Shown piece by piece: positions 31,524 to 46,059 of a stretch of DNA of 64,000 bases. Both the position numbers and the translations under genes were made by a program. Each line of letters begins with the position of its first letter. Position 1 is the first letter of the stretch. Where the stretch lies: assembly GCF_009914755.1 (NCBI RefSeq), contig NC_060942.1. One strand, 5' to 3'. The notes beneath the pieces were generated by a model. That model ran no database searches. It was not told where the DNA came from and saw only the letters and a program-made list of their open reading frames with translations. This stretch comes from the human T2T-CHM13v2.0 reference genome, Homo sapiens.

Positions 31524-32311
31524 AAGAGAGTCCTTGTAGAAAGGAAAACTAAACCCAAATAAATGAAATGAAACAAATATGAAAATTTGTAATTTTAGAA
31601 AAATTTTCCTGGAATTAAGAAAACAATTTGAAACTAAATTTTGAAGGGGCACATTGCATACCTGGGAAAACTGACCCAGAACAGCAAACACTGGGCTATA
31701 TTCTGGTAAAATAACTGAATCTTCAAGATGAGAGAAAGTATCCAGGAAAAAAGACCAGACAGGTTATTGGTGCTAAAGGAAAGAAAATTATTTTGCTGTT
31801 AAGAAAAAAGTCTCATCTCAGTGTTTTATGCCAGAAAACAGTGAGATCGCATTTAAGATACTCAAGGAAAGAATATAAGCTGAAGATTTTATATGTAACC
31901 AAACTAACTTTCAAGTATAACTGTGCTATGAATATGTGAGAATTCTTGTTCCCATGAGTCCTTTCTAAGTAATTTGCTAGATAATGAGTTTCAGACAACC
32001 AAAACGACTGTAGAGACATCAAGTGAAGGACTAGTGATCATGGAATATGTATTGATTTGTTAAACTAAGATTAAATGAATGTTGTAAAGGAAAGGGTAGA
32101 ATATATAACAATTATATGTTCTAACAATGTAAATTTTAGTTGTAAAAAATGGGGTGGAAATTGAGCACATGAAAAGTTTAATATGCTGTTTGCCTTTTAG
32201 TTGTATTAACTGGGACTAAATATTATTATTTTAGATCAAAATATTAGGAAAGAGTAAGGACACATGAATGACTAATTTCAGTATTGCACATATTAGGGAA
32301 CCAAGTCGAGA

Positions 32312-32478
32312 TTTTATATATATATAAATATATATGTATATATATAATATATAAATATATATTATATATAATATATAAATATATAATATATATAATATAT
32401 AAATAATACATAATATATAAATATATATTTATATTTATTTTTATATATACACACACATATATATAATATATAATTATT
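32312..32478. repeat. AT-rich degenerate (TA)n tract
   Basis: About 165 bp of almost pure A/T. Confidence 0.9.
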
Positions 32479-33107
32479 AGGACAATACAAACTATATTAA
32501 AGCAGACAATGTAATGATAAACTATGAAGTTACAAATAAGCGTTACCTATATAAAAAGGGAATAGGATGATATAAGGGGCAAAGAAGGAAGGGAGACCTC
32601 TTTGAATATGTCTTGTTTTATAGATTTGATTTGAAATCACATACATATTTAATACAATTGTAAAACGAAGTTAAATTTAAAAAGGAAACTCCTCAAAGTG
32701 GAAAATGAAATGAAATAAATGAAACTAAGTGTGTTTCTGTTAGCATAACCATGTAGAGAGAAAATTCCAAGTAATTTTTTAAACACAGTTAATTTTTCTT
32801 TATATCTTCATAGGAAGAATAGACCCTAAAGAACTGCATGGAAATTAAATGTTTAACACTTTTCAGAAATCTTATTGCATGTAGTAGCGTTGATATTGTT
32901 ATTCCGAGATTGTTAGATGTACCAAAAAACAAATGAGTACTTGTGTGATAATTCTGTTACTCCTTTGACTTTGAGAATCAGAATTATCAGAGTTGTAAAA
33001 GGAGATGCAGATATAATATAGAGGAGGTGAAGTAAAAACCCTGTAGTCTTGAATTTGAATGAAAAGAGTGTTTGAATGTATGATTTATGCTTCTTTAAAA
33101 ACAAAAC

Positions 33108-33613
33108 AAATGTCTTCTTTTGAGAAGTGTATGTTCATATCTTTTGCCCACTTTTTGATGGGGTCGTTTGTTTTTTTCTTGTAAATTTGTTTAAGTTCCT
33201 TGTAGATTCTGGATATTAGACCTTTGTCAGATGGGTAGATTGCAAAAATTTTCTTCCAGCCATAAAAAAAGAATGAGATCATGTCCTTTGCAGGGACATG
33301 GATGAAGCTGGAAGCCATCATCCTTAGCAAACAAACACAGAACAGAAAACCAAACACCACATGTTCTCACTCATAAGTGGGAGTTGAGCAATGAGAACAT
33401 GTGGACACAGGGAGGGGAACATCACATACTGGGGCCTGTCAGGGTGGGGGGCAAGGGGAGGGAGAGCATTAGGACAAATATCTAATATAATGCATGCGGG
33501 GCCTAAAACCTAGATGATGGGTTGATAGGTGCAGCAGACCACCATGGCACATGTATAGCTATGTAACAAACCTGCACTTTCTGCACATGTATCCCAGAAC
33601 TTAAAGTAAAATT
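33108..33613 (+). mobile_element. 5'-truncated L1PA with 5' inversion
   Basis: 33108-33256 is antisense L1 ORF2; about 33257-33613 is sense L1PA 3' end with G-rich tract; AAAACAAAACAAA flanks both ends. Confidence 0.85.
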
Positions 33614-34034
33614 AAAACAAAACAAAAAAATGTCCCAAACAAAAGCTCCTATTTCCTAGCTGTATTCATGAAAATGCCTCCACTGTGACCATTTTAGTAA
33701 TAACCAAACTTAGTGCCCAGGTTATGGTTTTCAAGCAGCCTTTCTCAATAAAGAGCCAAGGCTTTTTGGAGAAATGGCTAATTCTGACTCTTTGACAAGA
33801 GGTGAACAAAATGAGCCTCGTACCAGGTAACAAGGAAGCTGTCACTGGTTTCTAGGACCATGTTAAAAGGACCTAGGAGCCAACTTGAAGGGGTTCTTGC
33901 TGACTATATACAGAGGGCTGACGAGTTATTAAAACTACACCAATTAGTAAAATTCAAATGGTAAGAAACTTTGTAAGATAAAGAACTGTTTTTTCAACAA
34001 ATAATTTGCAAAGAAAAACATGTACTTGTGGACT

Positions 34035-34106
34035 TTATGTGGATCTTGATTTAAACAAACAAAAAATTGATTATGTGGATCTTGATTTAAACAAACAAAA
34101 AATTGA
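34035..34106. repeat. Perfect 36-bp tandem duplication
   Basis: TTATGTGGATCTTGATTTAAACAAACAAAAAATTGA x2. Confidence 0.95.
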
Positions 34107-35099
34107 TAATTTATGAGGTAATTGGAAGTTTGAACACTGGAATTTTGTGATATGTAACTATTGTAACTTTGGGTGAGTTGATAATAAATAGCATTGTAGA
34201 ATATGTTATCAAAAAAAGAGTTCTTATTGTTTGGAGGTACATACTGAAATAATACTGGAGGAGAGAATGGGTAGGGGAATAAAGGAAACAAGATTAGCCA
34301 TGAGCTGATAATTGTTACAAATGGTTGATGGGTACATGAGGATTCAGTATGCTGTTGTCTACTTTTGTATCTCTTGGAAATTTTCCATAATAAAAAGTTG
34401 AGGGGAAAAAACAAAGAATGTAGCCTCATAGAGTTTGAGATGATAATGGAAAATTCCAAGTGAAAATGTCTAATAGGCTGTTAAAAAATTAGAATTAGTA
34501 TGTGTATGTGGGGGTGAGCGGTAATTTTGTGTTTTCAAAAAAAAGGTGATAGTTGTCAAAGTGGGTTGAATTTTCAACGAAGAAGAGTGAAAACCTATGG
34601 AATAAAATTTTGGGAAAATGAACAGGTTTAGGAATATGAGGAAGGGAAGGAAAGGAACTGGCAGAAATCAGATGATTCCAAAAAGGGTTTAAACATAGAT
34701 GTAAGCTTGAGCCCTTCTTGGCCAAATTAGTTTATTTTTTTATTTTTTGTTTTTTTTAGAAATCCAATTTTCTTTTTCAGGCTATATTGATGATAGATTT
34801 TAGACTACTTGAGTTGCAAGTTCTCAAAATGTACCTTACAGATTTCAGAAGTAAGGATTGAACATCAAAATAGATGTTTATGAACTCGTATGAATAGGAT
34901 AGACTTTATCATGATTTGTCTCATATTCTTGTGGAAGTAGTTTTATTATTATTTTAAAAGATATTTTTTAACATTTGTACTTATTCAAATAACCCATTTC
35001 AGTATGGTTATCCTTTGAAAGTTTTTTCATTAGTAATAAGTAAAATCATTACTTTAAGCATATAAAAACTAGTGATTGACTTTATGGTATATACTTTAG

Positions 35100-35300
<201 letters not shown>

Positions 35301-36879
35301 TAAGAGTAATGTGGTTTACATTAAAACCTTTGCTAATTCCCCAGTTCTCATATACAGATAATGTTGTACATGTGCTTGGCTTTGTCCCAGATTACACAGC
35401 CTTACTTGAATGTTGACCACCTTTTAAACTTTCACTAAAAATTTTTGTTTTTTATAATGTGTTGAACAACCTTTATTCTGGCTGAAGTACTCCCTGGAGA
35501 AGTTCCATAAAATGTGTGCTTTTTCTTGGGCATATCAGGGGATTTTCCACATCAAATTTGAGATTCCTAAAATTCAGAATTCTACTCTTTAGTCAGAACT
35601 TTTGTTTTCTGCCAAAGAACCATCACTTTCTTAGACTTCTTTATTTTTTCTGTATTTCCAACATTATTGCTAGCAGATGGCTTTCCTTCCTGTATATTTT
35701 TACATATCAGTTATTTTTTCTCTTACCATTTAATGAGTTGTTATACATGCTACCGTGACTAGAAACTATGCTAAAATGTGAACATCCTGGATGCTTGAGT
35801 TGACTCTTTCACATAGTCTTTCTTTCCTGTGCTCCAGCTTTGTATACACAGACTCAGTTCATTTTACAACATAATACAAGTTACTGTGTGTACATGTTGT
35901 CATCCAGAAAAGGAGATAGAACTATAACTATAAATAGTAAGAAACAAAAGGAAAACATAAAGTGACTTCCAATTTTATTTTTGTCCTGCTTTCTGCTTCC
36001 TCTGCCTTTTTGTTTATTCTTTCCTGCTGTAATTTGCTAGTATGCTTAACATTTAAATCCAGTGTTTATTTTTACCTTGAGGTTAAATGACACCATAGTA
36101 GGTTGACTACATACAAAGTAAAAGAGTGAAGGACAGTTAATAGCCTACTCTCAAATTATGTGGACTTGGCCCACTTTGTCATTTGTCCCTTGCCCTATTT
36201 TGTGATTTCTCTGCTTTATAATAAGTACCCCAAGAATTAAGGAGTTAGAGCTTTGTAGCTTCTGTATTGATTGATACTATTTAGAAAAAAATATCTTATG
36301 AAAGGGTTTAGGTATATTCATCCCTGGTTCATTGTTGTTTTTGTCAAAACCAATCATTTGGCACTTACTGAAAGTTATTAGCACTTAGATGTCCAGTTTC
36401 AACCTAAAGAAAATTGGTTTGACCCTAAACTATGTCCCCAGATATTACAGAGATTGTTGCTTTTGATCATAACCATTAATCTGTTGAATTATTTTAAAGT
36501 CTGTAGTATTGAGCTCTGAGAGTCACTGTAGTGTCCTTAAAACCTGAAAGGAAGTTTGTATCATTGTGGTACTCCCATGGTAGTGTGTTTATTCATAAAC
36601 TTCTTATGATGACTTTTAAATCTTGAATTATTATTAGTATATAATGCACTACTTTTTCTAAAATTATAATTTGATATACATGAATTGGAGAAAACTTGGA
36701 ATACTTAAGGGCTTGCATTTAATACAGCTTTTTATAGTAGTGATTATAACTTGCATGGGTAGAAAAATAACATTAATGATGGAAAGAATAAAATAGGAAA
36801 AGATTATAGAAATATTGGGTAATACTTGTTTCTTAGTAGTTAAGGTTTGAGATCCTCCTATATTAGCAGCTTTATTTGA

Positions 36880-37071
<192 letters not shown>

Positions 37072-40000
37072 TAATGAACCTTATCCTCAACAATTACTAA
37101 GATTTTGCCAGATGTGCTTCATTTATTTCTTCTTTCTTGTTTTTGTGAAGTATTTTAAAGCAGACATCAGACATTCTTCAGTGTGCATTTCTAAAAAAAC
37201 CAGACATTTTTGTATTTAACATTATGACCTTTTTTATGATTTACACACTTACATTTTGGTTTTTAAAGACTAGTATCCTTTTGGGAAATTCAGCGATTTT
37301 TTTTTTCCTCATGTAAACATCATTTTATGACATCTTCTAAGTATATTTTAGTGAATTTTATAAGCAATTTTCTTTTTATTTTTAATTTTTGTGAGTACAT
37401 AGCAGATGTGTATATAAGCAATTTTCAATCCTTCTTTTCAAAATATTTAATGTAACTCCTCTCCACCCCAGTGATAGTTGACTATTTCACAATTTATAAG
37501 GCAGATGAATTAAAGGCCATATATTTTATAACTCTTCCTAGGTTATGTTGTGTTTTTGCCATTCATTCAAGCTATCTTTTAAGTGGGCAGTTTTGATTCT
37601 AGTCATTGTGCTTTGGCTTTGGCATTGATACCTTGCTGGCACCAGTATTACGTTCGGTGTCAGCCAAGAAGTTGTAGTTGGAGTGACAATTTGAATCATT
37701 CTCACTGTGTTGTAAGGGTTTTTGTTGCCATACCTTTCTTTGGATGTTTGTTTGTTTTTAAGTATGCTAGACAGTTTGAAGATGAGATCTATAATTGTAA
37801 AGTATTAATGTCTTATTTCTCCTATAAGCTCGACATGTTAGCTTTATTATAGAGAAATCAATTGTAGCAATACAGCACAGCAATTTGTTGATTGGTTATG
37901 AGCTATGTAAAAATAATTTGCTTCAAATGTTGAAGTACCAAGTATTTTTTGTGTTTGAAAGATAGTCGGATTTCCTTTGTATTCCAGTCAAGCAGATTTA
38001 GGTTTTACTGTACTTAAGTTTTTTCTTCATTTACTTACTAAATTATTTTAAAATTATTTTTTAAGAACATTATAGTACTAAAAATTTAAAGGAAAATACA
38101 GTTCTATAAGATTTGTTATGAAAAATAACATCTCCTCTTTCTCACCCCTATTTTCCTGTTCTACAGAGGCAGCTATTCTTAGCTGGCTGATAGCCTTCAT
38201 ATTTACCTCTACATTTTCCAGTAACATACCAGTATACCTCTGTTATAATGTCTTAATTTTCTTTCTTCCTTTCCTTTACCTTTTCCTTTCCTGGATCTTT
38301 TGATACCTCACAGTGGAAGGTGAGGATTTAGCTTTATTTCACCACTTCCATCCCATGCCCACAAGACACACACATACTGTTTCTAGCTTCATCATGTAGT
38401 TATATTGTAATTTTGTTTGGATTAAAATTAGTTGTGTATGTTATATAAATGACATTCATAGCCATGCTGTGGAGTATATTAGATTATGTTTTCCTGCCTA
38501 ACTTTTTGTTTTAATTGGAGTTCACAGTTGTCATTTTTAAAAAGCTGAAGTATAATTTCCATACAGTGAAATATGTGGATCAGCCAGTTTTGACAAATGC
38601 ATACCACCCACGTAGTCCACACCTCTATTAAGATGTAGAATATTTCCTTCATTCCTAAAAGTTACTTGTGGTCTTTCCCAGTCCCTCTTTACCTTACATG
38701 TAATTTTTATATTTTTTCATTTGTTAGTAATCTGTATTCTTATACTTAATTTCTTCCTAAATTCCCCTTTAACTGTAACATACCTCAATTGCTCGAGACA
38801 TTTAGGTACAACAGATGAAATGTGTTCATTTTCATCTTCTGGGAGACATTTCTCTTAGGCCTTCTGATAATCTCCGTCTGAACAGGGTCCTCTGCACTGG
38901 ATGCCCACTTGGAGTGTCTTCTCACCCATCAGCTTGAGGGTTCCCTTCTCTTCTCTCCTGTGTTGGATTTCTTGTTTTCTGTATCCCCTGTCTTTTTGTT
39001 TCTACATTTTCTCTCTTTTTGGTGAAGTAAGGTTTTTATTAGCTTCTGAGAAAGGATGCATGGGAAATAGACCTTTAATATCTGAATTTTTTTTAACTTC
39101 ACAATTAAGTTTTAGATTGGAATAGAGTTCTAGGTTAGAAGTCATTTTCCTGTAGAATAATTTCAGAATTACTATTGAGAAGATATAAGCCATTCTGATT
39201 CCTGATCTTACATGTACGCTGTTTTTTCTCTCAAGCATGATGATATTTTGTCTTGGTTAGCATTAAGAACTTGCACAATGATGCACCTTGATGTGGATCT
39301 TTTTTCATCTATTGCTTTAGGTGTTTGACTTTTTAAAACTAGAAATCATGTCATTCATATCTGCAAATTTTCTTTAGTTATTTTATTGGTTATTCTTGGA
39401 CTATTCATCGAATTTTCTTTTTTTTTCCTGTTTTTTTTCTTTCCTCCACTCCTTTTCTGAGAGGTTCCTTAACTTAATTTTCCCACCCTTTTTCCAAGGT
39501 TTTTATTATTCCATCAGTTTTAAATTTCAAGCTTTTCTTGGTTGCTCTTTTCACATTCCTTTTGATAGTATCATGTTGGTATTTAAAGAGGATACAATGT
39601 CATGTCTTTCCTTACTGAACATACTAATGATAGGTCTTTATAAGAAAACATTTTCTTGTGCCTGCTTAAGTTTTTGTCTCTTCTAAGTTACTTTTTTCAC
39701 GTCAGAGCCATTCCTTAGATGTCTGGTAATCCTTGGTTGTTTGTTCTTCTATAAGAGGGGACAAATCTCCAATCCTTGGTTGTCCATTCATATCTCAATA
39801 GGACCTTAACAAGCTGATTGATAGCTCTCCTCACTTGGACTTGTTGACTTTGCATTATGGTGATTGGGTATGTAGAGTTTTGGGGGATCTCTAAATACCA
39901 TCCTATAGCAATCTATTCTCTACAGTTGTTCAAGTTTTCCTGTCTAGGGATGAGATGCAGGCAGCTAGTGTTCTGTCCTTGAGTTTGAGTAGTGGGCTTG

Positions 40001-40955
40001 GAGTGTGGCCATTGCACATCAGACTTATACCTGAGGCTCCCCTTGTTACCTATGATGTGCTTGTGTTTGTAGGCTTTGAGTTTGTCTGGGATTCCCTGTG
40101 CTCTTTACACTGTGGCTTCCTGTTCTCTCTAAAGTCAGATAATGCTTTTCCATTTGTTTTCTCTCTTTCACAAATGTGTTACTTTTTCTTGTTTTCTAAT
40201 GTTCTCCCTTTATCTTTATGGATTTTTACCTTTTAAATTATTTTATTGTCATTTTAGTGTGGTTTCAGGAAAGATAGTATATAAACATGTGGCCAAGCTA
40301 CCATCTTTAACTATCTTTAATGATTTTGTGGATGGGATGTAAAAGGGGTAGAATTAAAGAATTGCACTTGGCCTTGGGTATGTCCATGGGTTAGTTATAC
40401 ATGTCCACAACATCTGAAGTGAAGGAAAGGTTGGAAATTACTGCTTTATAATAGTTGTATATAACTACCTTGCTAACTTATTTATATATCCTTATTTATT
40501 GTCCTTGCAGTTTGCCTGCAAGTTGATGTTTGGTATTTTTGTTGAATTGAATTTATTTATCCCTAGCAGCTAATATCTTTTCTAAAAGTTTTCTTTTCAC
40601 TTCAGTGCTTTTTTTCATTGAACCATGGACTCAGAGATTAATCTAAAAAGAAATATATATACAAAACCAACTTAACTTACTTCCTTTCTTTCTCCCTTCT
40701 TTCAACTTTGCAGATTGCCTAACAGTTATTTCGTAACTCTTTGGACAATGAAACTTTTGTTTTTTAAAACAATGCTTGCTTCCCTTCTCAAAATTAAGAA
40801 GTCTGTAGTTATCTGAACTATGATATATGGAACACCAACCTAAATTATTCTCGTGGAATCATACAGTATACTAGACTTAAACCTACACCGTATGTATATA
40901 TTGCCTGTTTCTGATTATTCATTCATTCTTTCATTCTTTTTTTTAAAAAATGTAG

Positions 40956-41090
<135 letters not shown>

Positions 41091-42053
41091 TAAACATTTA
41101 TTTCCTAGAAATAATACTTCTATATCATGAGATGGATTGTTTTTATTTTTGAAATTTAGTATCCAACTAAGGCTTTTCTGATTGAAAATAAAAATCTGAC
41201 AGAGGCAACTTGAAACAGTTCTTGTCTTTCTGTGATCCTTTATATTTTAGCCATAGTCCTAGGTAAAGATAGGAGTTGAGTTTCATATTACTGTGGTGTA
41301 ACCATCATGTTTTAGGAGCTAAAGGTGGGCTTGTCCAAGAATCAAGAATCATACTAGGGAAATTGAAGGACGAGGAATATAAATCCACTGGGTCAGAATC
41401 TTTCCTGATCTCTGTGACAGTTGGAAACTTTTTTTGTTGTTGTTTTGTCATAACTGAATTAGCATTTTTTAAGTTTTATTGTTTCTTGACCTTAATGTGA
41501 ATATTTGAAGAGTTCATAATGCATGTTTATCACCATATGTGTGTATATATGCTTCATTTAATTTAGAATATATTCTTATAAAAGAGAAACACTTCTTAAT
41601 ATCATTGGAGTCTTGACTGGGGATCTCTCTGTATCTCTATTGTGAAGGATGTCTTGCTTTGTCTTACTTAACTACTCATTACTAAAAATGTATTTGAATC
41701 ACACTTATTTTAGTATAGTGCAAGATTATTTAGAATAAATCAAATTCTAGCAAATTTAAATTAGGCAGAATGTTGCAATTTTGTCTAAAAAACACTCTCA
41801 TCTGTGAGTGCTTAATGAGGACTTGAATTGCTGAGGGCTAAATTGGTGGATCAACCTGATTTTACTAATTAAAAAATTTAAAAAGATGCATATTGGAAAA
41901 GAGAAGCCTTTTCTAGTCTTATGTTACTTTTTCTTTTTTCTCTAATTGTATGTATTTTGAATTGTTGGACAGCTACTAAAGAGCCTGTGGTTTTTAAGGG
42001 TAAACAGGTCATCTATAATGTTGGAATTTTCTGCTGCCTAGAAATAACTTGAA

Positions 42054-44004
<1,951 letters not shown>

Positions 44005-44198
44005 TAACTAGAACGGTGAGATACATGGGACTTTTACCATATTCCTCATTTGGATTTCCATTTTGTGCATTTTTTTATTTTAAAATTCATTATAAGCAGG
44101 TGCGGTTTGTAGAAGTGTGAAAAGGGATATTAAGAACACAGTTTCCCAATTGGTAAAGGAAAAACTATATTGAAAAATTGAGTTAAAATATAAATATC

Positions 44199-44490
44199 GG
44201 CCAAATGCACTGATTCACATCTGTAATCCAAGCACTTTGGGAGGCTGAGGTGGATGAATTGCTTGATCCCAGGAGTTCAAGACCAGCCTGGGCAACGTGG
44301 CAAAACCATGTCTCTATTAAAAATATAAAACATTAGCCAGGTGTGCTGGCACACAGCTATAGTCTCTTCTACTTGGAAGGCTGAGGTGGGAGAATCACCT
44401 GAGCCCAGGAAGCCCAGGCTGTGGTGAGCTGAAATTGCACCACTGCACTCCAGCCTGGGTGGCAGGAGTGAGACCCTACCTCAAACAAGA
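44199..44490 (+). mobile_element. AluJ
   Basis: Diverged Alu dimer. Confidence 0.85.
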
Positions 44491-44589
44491 CTACAGCCCA
44501 AGACTAAAGCAAAAGTTCATCAAAGTTTAATTTTTCTAGGATATAAGAATTAACATTGCCTATTAAACAACTATATAGTTTGTTTAATA

Positions 44590-44803
44590 CATTGGTTCTC
44601 AGCTGGGGGCATTTAGGCTCCACAAGGGACATTTGGAAATGTCCGGAGGCATTTTTAATTGTTACAAGTGGGTGGGTGGAGGAGGTACAGCTGACATCTA
44701 GAGGATAGAAGCTAAGGATGCTACTGAATGTCCTACAGAGCTCAGGACAGCTCTCACAACAGTGATCTGGCTTTAAATGTCAGTAGTGCTAAAGTGGAGA
44801 AAA
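44590..44803. mobile_element. MER20 (hAT-Charlie)
   Basis: GGTTCTCAGCTGGGGG...GGGACATTTGGAAATGTCCGGAGGCATTTT...AATGTCAGTAGTGCT. Confidence 0.75.
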
Positions 44804-45322
44804 TAGTTAATTTTGCAGATGCACTTAGATTTGTCATTCATAATTTGCCAGCCTGTTTATAAAGTGATTTGTTTTTTTATCAACTTTTTTATCATTGGAA
44901 ATATTAAACATATACAAAAGTAGAGATAATAGTATAATGAATCTTATGTACCCATTGCCCCACTTCAATTAATACTCATAGCCAGTTTTATCTATACACC
45001 TTTCCTCCCATTCCCCCTACTGAATTATTCTGAAGCAGATTTAGGTAGATACCATATTATTTCATTAGTAAATATTTAATATGTATTCCAAAACGTAAGG
45101 GCTCTTTTAAAAAGTTTCTCACCTTTATCACACCTGAAAATGTTAAAAAACTTTATTACACCTAAAAATGGTAATAATTGATTTTTTAAAAATCTGATTT
45201 TATTAAAAGCTTTGGAGTTAGCAGAAGAATAAAGGAAATAATATATTTTGTTCTCTAGTTATCTCATTTGGTAACCTTTCTTTTTTATATGCATTAGGAA
45301 GTAGGCTCAAGAGAGTATAGAT

Positions 45323-45538
45323 CAGGGTCTGCAAACTACAGCTCGCAGGCCAAATCCAGCCCTCCATCTGTATTGTAAAGTATTGTTGAAACACAGCACA
45401 GCCATTCATTTATTTACTGTCTGTGGCTCCTTTAGTGTGACAGTAAAGTAGCTGTGTAGTTTCGATAAGAGACTATATGGCCTGTAAAAAGTAAAATATT
45501 TACTTTCTGGCCCTTCACAGAAAAGTTGCTGGCCCGTA
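45323..45538. mobile_element. MER58A (hAT-Charlie)
   Basis: CAGGGTCTGCAAACTACAGCTCGCAGGCCAAATCCAGCC...AAAATATTTACTTTCTGGCCCTTCACAGAAAAGTTGC. Confidence 0.75.
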
Positions 45539-46059
45539 GCATAGATGACTATTGCAGAGTTTTTGGTTGATTTAAGCTGTTATCAAACAATTATTTGGTA
45601 CATAGCATACCTTTGGAACATGTGATAAGATTATATTTTGTTTCCTATTTCTTTTTCTTAGGGAAACCTCAAAGAGCTCTTTTGGAAAGTTGATTGTCTC
45701 CATATATTGACCTACTGAATTCAGTAGGATTACATTCTGTTTCTTCTTTAACGTATAGGTAAAGGCATCAAGGACTATGATATCTTAGGTATGTTGATAT
45801 AGGTGAGCTAATTTTGGATCTGCCGTGGACTCTATTTTTTTCCCCCACTGATGAAGTATAATAGTAAAGGTATGGAGATTTGGATGGGAGATGAGTTTTT
45901 AAAAATATGTCTTTATTATGAGTTTCCAAACATAGTACATCTGCTTAAGTTATAAGGACATTTGGGGTAGTTTGGGGTAGTTTCATCATTTAATTAAAAA
46001 AAAACTGCTTCAAATGGAGAAGATTAGTAGTAGGGAACAATACTAGACTTTGTCAGATA

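Larger units (their letters stand above)
29940..32100 (+). mobile_element. Ancient L1/HAL1-like 5'/ORF1 remnant with AluJ and 7SL insertions
   Basis: A-rich, degenerate ORF1-like C-terminal text (GATTTTATATGTAACCAAACTAACTTTCAAGTAT); family uncertain. Confidence 0.45.

Noticed and set aside
33944-34459. Longest ORF in the track (171 aa, minus strand) with repeated QFFVCLNQDPH
   Set aside because: Antisense of decayed L1-like DNA; the repeat is just the 36-bp DNA duplication.
45711-45728. Perfect 18-bp palindrome CCTACTGAATTCAGTAGG
   Set aside because: About 0.25 such palindromes are expected by chance in 64 kb (64000/4^9); no other support.
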